Translations under genes and position numbers: made by a program
In this document: piece after piece, positions 9,617-19,467 of the stretch
Layout: every line of letters begins with the position of its first letter
Position numbering within the stretch: position 1 is the stretch's first letter
Notes under the pieces: model-generated
The model's database searches: none
Seen by the model: the letters and a program-made list of their open reading frames with translations, nothing else
What the model was told of the DNA's origin: nothing
Source of the DNA: Candidatus Peregrinibacteria bacterium
GTDB taxonomy: Bacteria > Patescibacteriota > Gracilibacteria > CAIRYL01
Direction of reading: 5' to 3'
Assembly (NCBI GenBank): GCA_037138215.1
Contig: JBAXIU010000001.1
Span: 1-57,148, forward strand
Length of the DNA stretch: 57,148 nt

Positions 9617-10027
9617 ATGGTGGATAACAATCTTTTGAGACAAGTGGTCAATACCAGTCTGGCTCCTGACCCAGAAACAGCAACAGTGCAATGTGTCAGA
9701 TCTATGGGAATGTTTGCCTTTACTTCTGCTATTACCGGTGAAAATCCTGAAACGGGCATTCTTCCTGCGGATTTTGCGACGCAGGTGAAAAATGCGATGT
9801 ACAATTTAAGAGCGGTTTTGGAGGCATCTCGATCTGATCTTCTCTCTACTAATTTGGTTTTTATTGATCTTGCAGATGCGCATTACTTACTCCCTATGAA
9901 TGAGATTTATAAAGCATTTTTTCCCACGAAAGATCCACCAGCGCGCCGAGTTGCCATTGTTTCTTCTCTTCCCGGAGGGGCATTGGTCCAAATTACGGTT
10001 ATTGCATCCGCTCGAGAGTCCATTTAA
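9617..10027 (+). CDS. RidA/YjgF/L-PSP family protein
   Basis: ~136 aa. The C-terminal pattern PARRVAIVSSLPGGALVQITVIA is typical of YjgF-family proteins. Confidence 0.6.
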   Translation: MVDNNLLRQVVNTSLAPDPETATVQCVRSMGMFAFTSAITGENPETGILPADFATQVKNAMYNLRAVLEASRSDLLSTNLVFIDLADAHYLLPMNEIYKAFFPTKDPPARRVAIVSSLPGGALVQITVIASARESI

Positions 10028-10069
10028 ACACTCTCTGAAAGGTCTTTGTTTTTTTAAAATCCTTCCTTT

Positions 10070-10756
10070 TTATGAGGAGGGATTTTCTTTTTGAGTTATT
10101 TGGAGTGCATTTTTTGCGGCATCGCTTTCTGCCTTTTGTTTAGAACTCCCTTTTCCTTCCGCTATTTTTTTTTGTCCCATAAAAACGCCCATGGTAAAGG
10201 TTTTTCCATGGTCTGGTCCTTCTGAGGAAAGAAGTTCATAGTGAGGAGTAATAGAAAATTTTGCCTGGGAAAACTCTTGAAAAGCGTTTTTAGGACCAAT
10301 ATGAAGATTCTTTTCATAGATTTCTTCTGTTTGGCAGAGAATAAATGTTTCTACCACTTTCTTGGCAATGGGCATTCCTCCATCTAAAAAAACCGCCCCT
10401 AAAACGGCTTCTAGGGTATTGGCAAGAATATACGATTTTGTTTGTCCTCCCGCGCTTTTTTCACCTCGAGAAAAACGGATGTATTTTCCGAGCTCCATTT
10501 TTTCTGCCACAGCTGCTAAGCTTTCTTTTCTTACGAGGGCGCTTCTAATGGCGGTCATTTCCCCTTCTGGCATATGAGGAAAGGTGTGAAATAAAAAATC
10601 TGTGGTAAGAAATTCCAGCACCGCATCTCCTAAAAATTCTAGCCGTTCGTTGTCGGATCCTCCATTTTCATTGGTAAATGATTTATGGGTTACGGCCACA
10701 CGAAAGAGCTCAATATTTTGAGGAATATAGTCCAGAACCAGAAAAAGATCGTCCAT
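10070..10756 (-). CDS. rnc: Ribonuclease III
   Basis: RNase III signature ERLEFLGDAVLEF and a C-terminal dsRBD-like region. Start taken at MDDLF (10756). Confidence 0.9.
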   Translation of the reverse strand: MDDLFLVLDYIPQNIELFRVAVTHKSFTNENGGSDNERLEFLGDAVLEFLTTDFLFHTFPHMPEGEMTAIRSALVRKESLAAVAEKMELGKYIRFSRGEKSAGGQTKSYILANTLEAVLGAVFLDGGMPIAKKVVETFILCQTEEIYEKNLHIGPKNAFQEFSQAKFSITPHYELLSSEGPDHGKTFTMGVFMGQKKIAEGKGSSKQKAESDAAKNALQITQKENPSS

Positions 10757-10806
10757 AAGAATCACAAAAAACTGTTCTCGAGTATAGCAGAAGAATTCCA
10801 AAGCCT

Positions 10807-13236
10807 CTATTTTTTATTATTTTTTTCCACTTTGTCTGGTGTGGCATTGGTATAATGGAGTACAAACTCCATTATTTTGGCAAAGGTTGGGGAAGCGGTA
10901 GTGGACCCAAATGTTTTATCCCCGACGCGTGGACGGTCAAATTTTACGAGAATCAGAAAACGGGGATTATCCACAGGGGCGTATCCAATAAAACTCGTAA
11001 TGGTATTTCCATCTTCTTTTAAACTCTCATACCCAGGGCCGTCTATTCTGGAAATTTGAGAAGTTCCTGTTTTTCCCGCAATGTAAAATCCAGGGACTTG
11101 CGCTCTTTTGGCGACTCCATTTTCCGTCGCGCTAATGAGCATCCTTTTGATGCTTTCCGCCACTTTTGGGTCAATAACGCGGGTCCGTTTTTCTTTTGTT
11201 TTTTCCACGCTTCCATCGGGGTAGTCAAGTTCATCTACCAAATACGGATTTACCATATATCCATTATTTGCGAGGACGCTCCAGGCTCGAATAACTTGCA
11301 AAGGCGTTGCCGCAAACCCCTGTCCAAATCCAGCGTTTAAAAGCTGGGCATCAGACCATTTTTTGTAATGGGTAATAATTCCGGGTACTTCTCCGGCAAT
11401 GGGCATATTGATGTACTCTCCAAATCCAAATTTTTTCAGAGCATCGTATACCAGTGGTTTCTCCATCTTCTGGGTTACAAAGACCATTCCCAAATTCGCA
11501 GATCTCTCTAAAATGTTGGTCATGGTCTGGGATCCGAGATATTTATTATCCGAATTTTTAATCTCAAATTTTCCCACTTTCATGGGTTCGGTTTCTATAT
11601 AACGACTGTATTCAGTAATTTCTCCGTCATCTATTCCGGCTGCCATTACGATGGGTTTTATAACCGATCCTGGCTCATAAATATCCATAACGGATTTGTT
11701 GAGGTAGCTTCCTGGTCCTAAGCGGTTTTCAAATCGGTAAAATTCAGGGTTATATTCTTTATCCCATGCCTCGTTCCAATCTTTAAAAGTTGTGAGAACA
11801 AAGTTTCCATTTACATCTTTTCTCTCTAATGGCGTTGTTTTATAGATAATTCCTCTATCTTTGGGGCTTGTGCGTTCTCTCAGATACACATTTCCAAAAA
11901 AATTGGGATCGAAACTGGGGCTTCCCGCCATAGCGAGAATTTTTCCCGTTTGAGGATCCATAACAATTACCTGCCCAGAGTCCGCATCGTATTTTTCTAC
12001 CGCTTCAGAAAGCACTTTTTCTACCTCTTGCTGGATAATACGGTCTACGGTGAGGACGATATCTGCGCCGTTTTTTACGCGCTGGATGGTGTTTCCTTGG
12101 ATTTCTACCGCATTCCCATGGATGTCCCGTTGTCCTTCTATAACCCCTTTTTCACCCCTAAGAATGCTATCGAATTTTTCTTCCACTCCATAATTTCCCT
12201 TTCCGGCAGCATCTACAAACCCAATACTCTGTGCCAACAGTCCTCCTTCTGGATAATATCGAGAAGGCTGTGGTGAAAATCCAACACCTTGCCATGCATC
12301 AGGAGTAACGGGCGCGGGATTAGGAATTCCTTTTTTTTGTTCTGCATACAATCGGTTGAGGTCTTTAAAATAGGCATTCCGGGAAGCGGTTTTTTTGTCT
12401 TCTATGACCTCTTTAATCGTTGGGGGAACACGGTCTAATACCTTCACATATTGCACCGGTTTGGGAGCGATAGAATCGGCAATATCTTTTGCTGCTCCCC
12501 CCAGGTATTTTTGGAGGGCATTGGCAACAGGGAGTCTTTTTTGAAAATTTTCGGCCTCTCGTTGTTTTTTTTCTTCGGCAGTAATATGGGCGTCAAATTG
12601 GTAAGAGGGCGTAATAATATCTCCATCTACCCATATTTCTTGGGTTTGGCGCGAAACTCGTACTCCTGGAATGGCGAGACCTTCAATGCCCTTCATCATT
12701 TCTTCTGACGCCTGGGTCGCCAGTAATATTTGAGTCCGAATACGGGGCGTTATTTTTGCTTTTAAGTCGGTATAAAAGGCCTTTTTGGCGTCTTCTCTCA
12801 GGGGAGGAACGGGAACTTTTATGGCTCCTTCTTCTAGGTAGGTTACACTTCCTGGAGGACATACTTTTAGGTCGTCTTCACAGCGTTGGAACTCCTCTTC
12901 GGTATACAGGAGTGCCGTGAGTTCTTTTGCAATATATTCAGGATCGCTGGTAATAGAAGGATCTACAAAAATCTCATACTGGGTGGTATTGATGGCGAGG
13001 GGGACCAGATCTCCTGTTTTTGAGTCTCGGGTGAGGATTTTTCCGCGCTGAGGGGTAATTTCTATTTTTGCAGATCGTTGTGCGTAGGCTTCGGAACGGA
13101 TTTCCTCTCCCTTAACCACTTGCAAAAAAAAGAGTCGTCCAAGAATTATTGCAAAAAGAAGTCCCGTAATCCAGATGAAAATCCGAAGACGATGGCTTTC
13201 TGACGCTCCAGTGGAGGAATTGAAAAAAGAGTTCAT
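10807..13236 (-). CDS. Penicillin-binding protein (class B transpeptidase, PBP2/FtsI-like) with long insertions
   Basis: N-terminal TM helix. SVIKP (SxxK) and KTGT motifs. 809 aa. Confidence 0.8.
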   Translation of the reverse strand: MNSFFNSSTGASESHRLRIFIWITGLLFAIILGRLFFLQVVKGEEIRSEAYAQRSAKIEITPQRGKILTRDSKTGDLVPLAINTTQYEIFVDPSITSDPEYIAKELTALLYTEEEFQRCEDDLKVCPPGSVTYLEEGAIKVPVPPLREDAKKAFYTDLKAKITPRIRTQILLATQASEEMMKGIEGLAIPGVRVSRQTQEIWVDGDIITPSYQFDAHITAEEKKQREAENFQKRLPVANALQKYLGGAAKDIADSIAPKPVQYVKVLDRVPPTIKEVIEDKKTASRNAYFKDLNRLYAEQKKGIPNPAPVTPDAWQGVGFSPQPSRYYPEGGLLAQSIGFVDAAGKGNYGVEEKFDSILRGEKGVIEGQRDIHGNAVEIQGNTIQRVKNGADIVLTVDRIIQQEVEKVLSEAVEKYDADSGQVIVMDPQTGKILAMAGSPSFDPNFFGNVYLRERTSPKDRGIIYKTTPLERKDVNGNFVLTTFKDWNEAWDKEYNPEFYRFENRLGPGSYLNKSVMDIYEPGSVIKPIVMAAGIDDGEITEYSRYIETEPMKVGKFEIKNSDNKYLGSQTMTNILERSANLGMVFVTQKMEKPLVYDALKKFGFGEYINMPIAGEVPGIITHYKKWSDAQLLNAGFGQGFAATPLQVIRAWSVLANNGYMVNPYLVDELDYPDGSVEKTKEKRTRVIDPKVAESIKRMLISATENGVAKRAQVPGFYIAGKTGTSQISRIDGPGYESLKEDGNTITSFIGYAPVDNPRFLILVKFDRPRVGDKTFGSTTASPTFAKIMEFVLHYTNATPDKVEKNNKK

Positions 13237-13242
13237 ACACCA

Positions 13243-14148
13243 TTAATGAGGGCCGTCATCAAGAGGATCCAGATGGAATGTGGCATGAAGACTGTGGATT
13301 TTTTGCTTCATTTCGGCTTCAATTTCATCTCCTACATCATGGGCAGTTTTGAGCAATATGTCTTCTGAAAAAACGAGATGGAGTTCTAAAAAGATCTTCA
13401 TTCCGCTTCTTCTCGTTTTTAAACAGTGGATGCCAGTAATTTTTTTTTCGTGGATGTATTTTTTTAAAATGCTAGTAATAATTTTTTTTGTTTCGGGCTC
13501 TATTTCTCGGTCTAACAGTTCTTCTATGGCTTTTTTCGCAATGCTAAATCCATCTTTTACAATAAGCCCTGCCACGCCCATTGCTAAAAAAGAATCAATC
13601 CAATAGAACCCATGAAAGAGGTATATAATCGCACTTCCGAGGACAATACTCACATTGGAGAGATAATCACTCTTGTAGTGGGCGCAGTCGGCTTCTAAAA
13701 CCAAAGACTTTGTGGCAGCGGCTTCTTTTTGGAGAAATCGACTCAAGAAAAAAACCGTTATGGTCGAGAAGATCATCACCAACACAATATTTTGGGTGTT
13801 TTGTACTTCATATCCATTAAAAAGAGAAAGAATCCCTTTTACCACTATCCATCCTCCAATCGCCATAATAAAAATTCCCTGGAAGAGACTCGAGATACCT
13901 TCTATTTTTCCAAATCCGTATTGAAAATTTTTAGTGGGAGATGCTTCTGATTTTTTAAGGACAAAGATATTACTAAGGGAGATAAAAAAATCTCCGAGAG
14001 AATCGAGTGCAGACGAAAAGAGTGATAGAGACATAGTAAATACTCCAACACTCACTTTCAGAATCGTTAACAAAAGGGATACGCTCACCGAGGTAAAAAT
14101 GGCTCTTTTACGCCGATATTGGACTTCCGATTCGGAAAGAATTTTCAT
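13243..14148 (-). CDS. Cation diffusion facilitator family transporter
   Basis: Six predicted TM segments, the DSLGD motif in TM2, and a C-terminal cytoplasmic domain (HCLKTRRSGMKIFLELHLVF) typical of CDF proteins. Confidence 0.75.
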   Translation of the reverse strand: MKILSESEVQYRRKRAIFTSVSVSLLLTILKVSVGVFTMSLSLFSSALDSLGDFFISLSNIFVLKKSEASPTKNFQYGFGKIEGISSLFQGIFIMAIGGWIVVKGILSLFNGYEVQNTQNIVLVMIFSTITVFFLSRFLQKEAAATKSLVLEADCAHYKSDYLSNVSIVLGSAIIYLFHGFYWIDSFLAMGVAGLIVKDGFSIAKKAIEELLDREIEPETKKIITSILKKYIHEKKITGIHCLKTRRSGMKIFLELHLVFSEDILLKTAHDVGDEIEAEMKQKIHSLHATFHLDPLDDGPH

Positions 14149-14217
14149 AGGTTACGGGGAAAAAACATACGAATACCTCGTCTGTCCTCTTTGTTATGCT
14201 TAAAAATTAAGAAAGAT

Positions 14218-14763
14218 TTAGGAAAACTTTTTCTGATAACACGTAATACATTCCTCTATAAATGTTATAGCAGACTGCGCATCGTTTTTTCCGGTAATTT
14301 TTACCGACTTTTTTTCCAAATCTTTATAGTGTTCCAAGAAATACTCAATGCGTTCCATCATTTTTGGGTCGAGGTGTGATAAATCTTGTATTGCTTTTTG
14401 GTCTGGATCGCCCAGTGGAACAGCGAGAATTTTATCATCCCGTTCTCCAGAATCGTCAACATTTAAAATCCCTACTACTCGACAAGGGACCAGGACTCCC
14501 GGAAGAAATTTTTCTGTTCCCAAAATAATAACATCCAAGGGATCGTTATCGTACTCGTTCCAAGTTTGGGGCATTAAACCGTAGTTAAACGGGTACGGCA
14601 TGGGAGTCTTGAGTATGCGATCTACTGAAACAATTCCATATTCTTTATCAAACTCATATTTTACGCGCTCTCCAATCGAAATTTCCAAAAGAACATTAAT
14701 CTCACTCGGCTTTTCATTGATAATGGCGGGGATACCGTGGAACGGATTTTTAAGCGTATTCAT
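14218..14763 (-). CDS. ppa: Inorganic pyrophosphatase (family I)
   Basis: EISIGERVKYEFDKEYG...DRIL...PFNYGLMPQTW...DNDPLDVIIL match family I PPase active-site blocks. Confidence 0.9.
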   Translation of the reverse strand: MNTLKNPFHGIPAIINEKPSEINVLLEISIGERVKYEFDKEYGIVSVDRILKTPMPYPFNYGLMPQTWNEYDNDPLDVIILGTEKFLPGVLVPCRVVGILNVDDSGERDDKILAVPLGDPDQKAIQDLSHLDPKMMERIEYFLEHYKDLEKKSVKITGKNDAQSAITFIEECITCYQKKFS

Positions 14764-14793
14764 AAAAAAGAGGTTGAGAATTATGAAAAGGAA

Positions 14794-15390
14794 TTACTTC
14801 GCAGGTGTAGGTGTTTCTGCTGCTTCCGCTACTCGGGGAGGCATAACACTGGCAATGGGGGTAGAAAGGTCTGTAATAATCTCGATGTTTTTATCTTTTG
14901 CAATAGGAAGGTCTCCAACAGTAATAACCGTGTGAAAATTTTCAAGGACGGAAATATCCACTATTACATTGTGAATAAGGTGCTTTGGGAGACAAGAAAT
15001 CTCAATGGATTCGAGTGTGGTGTTCAGGACCCCAGCCAAGTTTTTTATGGCCGGAGAAACGCCTTCAAAAACGAGAGGAACATGAGTTCTGAGGGCTTCT
15101 TTTTCCTGAACGGCGTAAAAATCAATGTGCAAAAAGGTATCTAAAATAGGGTCATACTGTACATCATGAACCAGTGTGGAAATAACTTTTCCGTCTATTT
15201 CTAGCGAAAGGATTGTTGATTCCCCTGCATCTCGAAATGCTTTTCGGAATGGCTGATATTCCACGGAAACAGGGATGGGGGCAAAAAGATGTCCGTATAT
15301 CACTCCAGGAATAAGCCCCGAAGCTCGGAGGTCTTTTATTTTACCGCTCAAATCGCGTTTCGTTGCGGAAAGGATAATCATATCAGCCAT
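14794..15390 (-). CDS. rplY: 50S ribosomal protein L25 / general stress protein Ctc
   Basis: MADMIILSATKRDLSGKIKDLRASGLIPGVIYGH is the L25/Ctc N-terminal signature. The upstream extension of the tracked ORF would overlap tRNA-Leu. Confidence 0.8.
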   Translation of the reverse strand: MADMIILSATKRDLSGKIKDLRASGLIPGVIYGHLFAPIPVSVEYQPFRKAFRDAGESTILSLEIDGKVISTLVHDVQYDPILDTFLHIDFYAVQEKEALRTHVPLVFEGVSPAIKNLAGVLNTTLESIEISCLPKHLIHNVIVDISVLENFHTVITVGDLPIAKDKNIEIITDLSTPIASVMPPRVAEAAETPTPAK

Positions 15391-15409
15391 GGAACAAAAA
15401 AAAAGAATA

Positions 15410-15496
15410 TGGTGCCGAGAGTGGGAATCGAACCCACACATCCGGGAGGATACGAGATTTTGAGTCTCGCGCGTCTACCAGTTTCGCCATCTCGGC
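15410..15496 (-). tRNA. tRNA-Leu (anticodon CAA)
   Basis: Reverse complement GCCGAGATGGCGAAACTGGTAGACGCGCGAGACTCAAAATCTCG...GGGTTCGATTCCCACTCTCGGCACCA. Type II tRNA with long variable arm, anticodon loop CTCAAAA. Confidence 0.9.
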
Positions 15497-15658
15497 GTAG
15501 CGCAAACGGTTGTTTTTGAATGATGCACAGCAAAAAACAAAAACAAGGCGGCCGGGACATTGTATGAAAGCTCCTTTCTCCCGTCAAGGGTGAGGCATTA
15601 GATTTTCTTGTAAACCCTCTTTTTTCTCGGCATACTTCCCTTGCTTTTTTATTCTCCC

Positions 15659-16240
15659 ATGTCGTCTTTTGCTCGCTTTTCATCTCGCGTTATTCGGATT
15701 CCATTAAAAGATATTGATACCGATATTATTATTCCGGCGGAGTTTTTAAAAACGACCACTAAGGAAGGCCTGGGGAAGCAGGTATTTAAAAATTTACGAG
15801 GTGAAGGGAAAAACTTTCCTCTGGATCGTGCAGAGTTTTCCGGTGCGCGCATTGTAGTAGCGGGGGCAAATTTTGGATGCGGATCCAGCAGGGAACACGC
15901 GCCATGGGCTTTAAAAGATGCAGGAATTGAAGTGATTATCTCTTCTGAGTTTGCGGATATTTTTAAGGGGAATGCCGAAAAAAACGGATTATTGCCTATT
16001 CTTCTTCCAGAAGAAACGGTGCAAAAACTCCTAAATCCCGCAGATGAATTGGAAGAACTCACGATTGATCTGGAAAAACAAGTGGTGGAAAATGCGAGCG
16101 GAGAATCGTACCATTTTGAAATCTCTTCGTTCTCCAAACGGCGGTTTTTAGAGAATATTTCAGATCTGGACTATATTCTTTCTTTTCAGAATGAAATTAA
16201 GGGGTTTGAGGCGAAGAGGAAGGAGAATTTATTTTTGTAA
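15659..16240 (+). CDS. leuD: 3-isopropylmalate dehydratase small subunit-like (aconitase-family swivel domain)
   Basis: IPLKDIDTDIIIPAEFLK...GANFGCGSSREHAPWALKDAGIEVIIS..FADIF..N..KNGLLPI are LeuD/aconitase small-subunit blocks. Confidence 0.8.
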   Translation: MSSFARFSSRVIRIPLKDIDTDIIIPAEFLKTTTKEGLGKQVFKNLRGEGKNFPLDRAEFSGARIVVAGANFGCGSSREHAPWALKDAGIEVIISSEFADIFKGNAEKNGLLPILLPEETVQKLLNPADELEELTIDLEKQVVENASGESYHFEISSFSKRRFLENISDLDYILSFQNEIKGFEAKRKENLFL

Positions 16241-16243
16241 AAA

Positions 16244-17149
16244 ATGGGAGAAGTTTTTATAAAAATGTTCCCCCTCATACTTCTTGCGCTTCTTGGTTTT
16301 TTGCTTCAAAAAGGAACAAAATCCATTGATATAGCGGTTCTTGGGAAGTTATCTCTGTATCTTCTTACACCCGCTACAATTTTTTTGGGAGCCTATAAAA
16401 CGCCTTTAGAATGGCAATATCTTATGGTACCTTTTTTGGTATTTACCATTACTGCGTTTAGTACGCTTCTTTTGGTATTTTTCCTACGGAAGTTGTTTCC
16501 ACAGAGCCCTTATACGGAGCCTGCATTTGTTTCTGCAACCGGTAATGTAGGGTATTTTGGACTTCCATTGGTGTTAGCTTTTTTTGGAGAATCCTCTCTT
16601 TCCCTCGCGGTTTTGGGAATGATGGGATTTACGCTTTCTGAAAGTACTATTGGGGCATTTATTATGGCAAGAGGTCATCATGGTGCCCAAAAAGCGTTCA
16701 TGACAGTTGTGAAACTTCCCAGTGTATGGCTTTTTTTAGTGGGAATAGGAATTCATATTTTAGGATTAAACTTACCTTCTTCGGTGCTTTTCACCATTGA
16801 ACAGCTTAAAACGACCTATATTACAATAGGAATGATTCTTATTGGTATAAGTTTTGCGGGTTTCCAAATGGACACGATTGATTGGAAACAAGTGATGAAA
16901 ATGATAACCGTAAAGCATTTTTGGCAACCTCTTTGGTTTTTCGTTCTTGTTCCGGTGTTTGCACTGTTTTTTACTTTCGATCCTCTTTTTCAAAAAATTC
17001 TTATTATTCAAAGTCTTTGCCCCATTGCAGGCAATATTATTATTTACGCGTCAGTTTTTCATCAAAAAATAAATGACATTGTGGTAGCCCTTTTGATTTC
17101 TACTATCCTCGCGTTTATAATTATTCCTGCATTTATGGTTTTGTTTTAG
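16244..17149 (+). CDS. Membrane transporter, AEC (auxin efflux carrier)-like
   Basis: 301 aa, about 10 hydrophobic helices in a 5+5 arrangement. Assigned from size and topology only. Confidence 0.45.
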   Translation: MGEVFIKMFPLILLALLGFLLQKGTKSIDIAVLGKLSLYLLTPATIFLGAYKTPLEWQYLMVPFLVFTITAFSTLLLVFFLRKLFPQSPYTEPAFVSATGNVGYFGLPLVLAFFGESSLSLAVLGMMGFTLSESTIGAFIMARGHHGAQKAFMTVVKLPSVWLFLVGIGIHILGLNLPSSVLFTIEQLKTTYITIGMILIGISFAGFQMDTIDWKQVMKMITVKHFWQPLWFFVLVPVFALFFTFDPLFQKILIIQSLCPIAGNIIIYASVFHQKINDIVVALLISTILAFIIIPAFMVLF

Positions 17150-17170
17150 AAAATTTTTAATTCCTCTCCC

Positions 17171-18442
17171 ATGTCCTTCTCCGAATTTCTCCTCCTTTTT
17201 CTTTCTGCTACTGGTCTTTCCGGACTTATTGGGCTAGAACGAGAAATGCGTATTCAAAGAAAAGATGAAGAAGAAACGGTTATTGGGGGAATGCGAACCC
17301 ATGCAATGCTCGGGTCTCTGGGTTTTCTCGTATCTTTTGTAGCAGAAAATTTTTCTGGATGGTTTCTTCCTCTTCTGGGATTTGGAATTTTTGGGATTAT
17401 GGCCATTTCTCATACCCTTTTTGCATTGGAAACCAGAAGATATGGCATGACTTCCATGTTTTCTCTTTTTGCGAGTTTCATTATAGGAGTTTTTGTCTCC
17501 TACAATTTTTTGGTGATGGCACTTACGGTAAGTGTCTTTTTTACTGGAATTTTAGCCTTTCCGGAACGATTTCATGGACTCGCAGAGCGCATTAACAAAA
17601 AAGAGCTACTCTCCATTCTCCAGTTCCTTATTTTTTCGTTTATTATTCTTCAAATTTTGCCGGCTTCATGGATCGATCCTTTTGGGTTTTTTGATTGGGC
17701 ACCACGAAAAGTGTGGCTGATGGTAATGTTTGTTGCCGCGATTCGGTTTATTGGATATTTTCTCTCAAAATTTATTGGGCAATCTAAAGGGACTCTTTTG
17801 TCGGGAATTATTGGAGGGCTGGTTTCCTCCACGGCCGTTACCACTGGTATTGCGCAAGAGTCCAAGGGCAAAAAAGAATCAGATATCTTCCTCGTTCCTA
17901 TTTTTGTGGCATCGGGGATGATGTTTTTTCGGGTGATTTTAGAAATTGTGATTGTTTCTCCGCACAGAATTCAGTTTTTACCGCTGTTTGGAGCATTGGC
18001 GATTATGGGGGTTTCGGCATTTGTGGTGGGAATTTTCTTTTTTATTCGGCAGAAAGAAGGAGATACGGTCTTAAAAAATGAAGAGGATGTGGAAATTTCT
18101 CAACCGCTTCATATGAAATCGGCGCTCTATTTCGGGGGCTTTTTTCTCCTTATTCTCGTGGCTTCTGAAAAAATTGCCCTCCTCTTTTCTGATGCGGGGC
18201 TTTTGGCAGTGGGCGCCATTGCGGGGCTAACCGATGTGGATGCTATTACGCTTGCTATGGCAAATCACCCGGGAGGAACCACGCTTCCTCTGGTCGTTAT
18301 TTTTATAGCCATTACGGTGAATACCCTGGTAAAAGTGGGAATTGTTAGTATTTTTGGCTCCCGTAGCCTTTTAAAAAGGGTCGCAATTTTTACAACGCTC
18401 ATTTTGTTTTGTGGTTCAGGAGGATTGTGGATTTTGATGTAG
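17171..18442 (+). CDS. MgtC/SapB-family membrane protein with DUF4010-like C-terminal half
   Basis: N-terminal GLSGLIGLEREMR (MgtC signature), then multiple TM helices. 423 aa. Confidence 0.6.
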   Translation: MSFSEFLLLFLSATGLSGLIGLEREMRIQRKDEEETVIGGMRTHAMLGSLGFLVSFVAENFSGWFLPLLGFGIFGIMAISHTLFALETRRYGMTSMFSLFASFIIGVFVSYNFLVMALTVSVFFTGILAFPERFHGLAERINKKELLSILQFLIFSFIILQILPASWIDPFGFFDWAPRKVWLMVMFVAAIRFIGYFLSKFIGQSKGTLLSGIIGGLVSSTAVTTGIAQESKGKKESDIFLVPIFVASGMMFFRVILEIVIVSPHRIQFLPLFGALAIMGVSAFVVGIFFFIRQKEGDTVLKNEEDVEISQPLHMKSALYFGGFFLLILVASEKIALLFSDAGLLAVGAIAGLTDVDAITLAMANHPGGTTLPLVVIFIAITVNTLVKVGIVSIFGSRSLLKRVAIFTTLILFCGSGGLWILM

Positions 18443-18464
18443 TTTTTCTTCTTCCTTTAAAAAT

Positions 18465-19031
18465 ATGATAATTCTCGCTTCGCAAAGCCCTGTTCGGGCT
18501 CAAATACTTACCCAGCACCATATCCCTTTTGTGGCGCGTCCCAGCCAGTACGAAGAGATATTTTCTCCAGACGAATCGTTAGAAGAAAATGCACGGCGTT
18601 TGGCTCTGGGAAAAGCGCAATGGGTTTTTGATCGGCTTTCTTCTGACGAGAAAAAAACACAAATCGTTATTGGAGTAGACACGATTATGCAAGATCCAAG
18701 AGGGATTCTTTTGGGGAAACCCGAAACGCGGCAAGAAGCCTTGGAAATGATGGAACGACGCTCTGGAAAAACGGAAATTCTCTATTCAGGAATTGCGCTT
18801 ATTTCTGTCGAATACACCAAAGTTTCCGGTGAATTTTCTACCATTCTTTGGAAAAATATTTCCCCTGAACAGCAAATCCTTCTCGTAAACACGGGGGAAT
18901 GGGAAGGGAAATGTGGAGGCGTTGCGATTGAGGGCGAAGCTGGTAAATTTGTGGAGCATATTACCGGCAGCATGGAAAATATTATGGGATTCCCTCTGGA
19001 CGCTTTTCAGGAAATGATGGCGGTTTTTTAG
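18465..19031 (+). CDS. maf: Maf-like nucleoside triphosphate pyrophosphatase
   Basis: MIILASQSPVRAQIL... (LASxSPxR motif), GVDTI, and GKP..R.EA motifs. 188 aa. Confidence 0.8.
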   Translation: MIILASQSPVRAQILTQHHIPFVARPSQYEEIFSPDESLEENARRLALGKAQWVFDRLSSDEKKTQIVIGVDTIMQDPRGILLGKPETRQEALEMMERRSGKTEILYSGIALISVEYTKVSGEFSTILWKNISPEQQILLVNTGEWEGKCGGVAIEGEAGKFVEHITGSMENIMGFPLDAFQEMMAVF

Positions 19032-19099
19032 TACTCATAAAAATGGGCGAAACGGATTTGTTACGCCCAATATGGAGACTCCAATATGTTTTGTCCTTT

Positions 19100-19381
19100 T
19101 TATTCGTGACCTTCTTCGGCAGAATTATTTCCACTTAACAGCGCTTCAATTTGAGCTTTTGTTTTCTCTTCATTTGCATCAATAGGAACATTGAAAAAAG
19201 CTTCTGCTCTTCCAGTGCTTATTCCACCAAAGGTTACTCCTTCAATGGCATCATGAGTTATATGGGTTAGTTCTGATACCAAATTCGCTCCCAATCTCTC
19301 TGCTAAATCAGGAGAAATGGCAACTGAAATTTGTTTTGTAGTTTCTGCTGCCGCTGGAGTGTTGGACTTTTCGAATGCCAT
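19100..19381 (-). CDS. Small acidic hypothetical protein
   Basis: ORF with ATG at 19381 (MAFEKSNTPAAAE...). No recognisable motif. Confidence 0.35.
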   Translation of the reverse strand: MAFEKSNTPAAAETTKQISVAISPDLAERLGANLVSELTHITHDAIEGVTFGGISTGRAEAFFNVPIDANEEKTKAQIEALLSGNNSAEEGHE

Positions 19382-19467
19382 AAAAAAGAAAAAGGAATAC
19401 ACCATTCTTTCTTTCTTTCTTTTGTCAAATTTTTCTGTAAAAATCCATCTGGATTTTTTCTTTTTCT

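Noticed and set aside
15378-15683. 101-aa minus-strand ORF between L25 and leuD.
   Set aside because: It overlaps the tRNA-Leu(CAA) gene and the start of leuD, and shows no coding signature.
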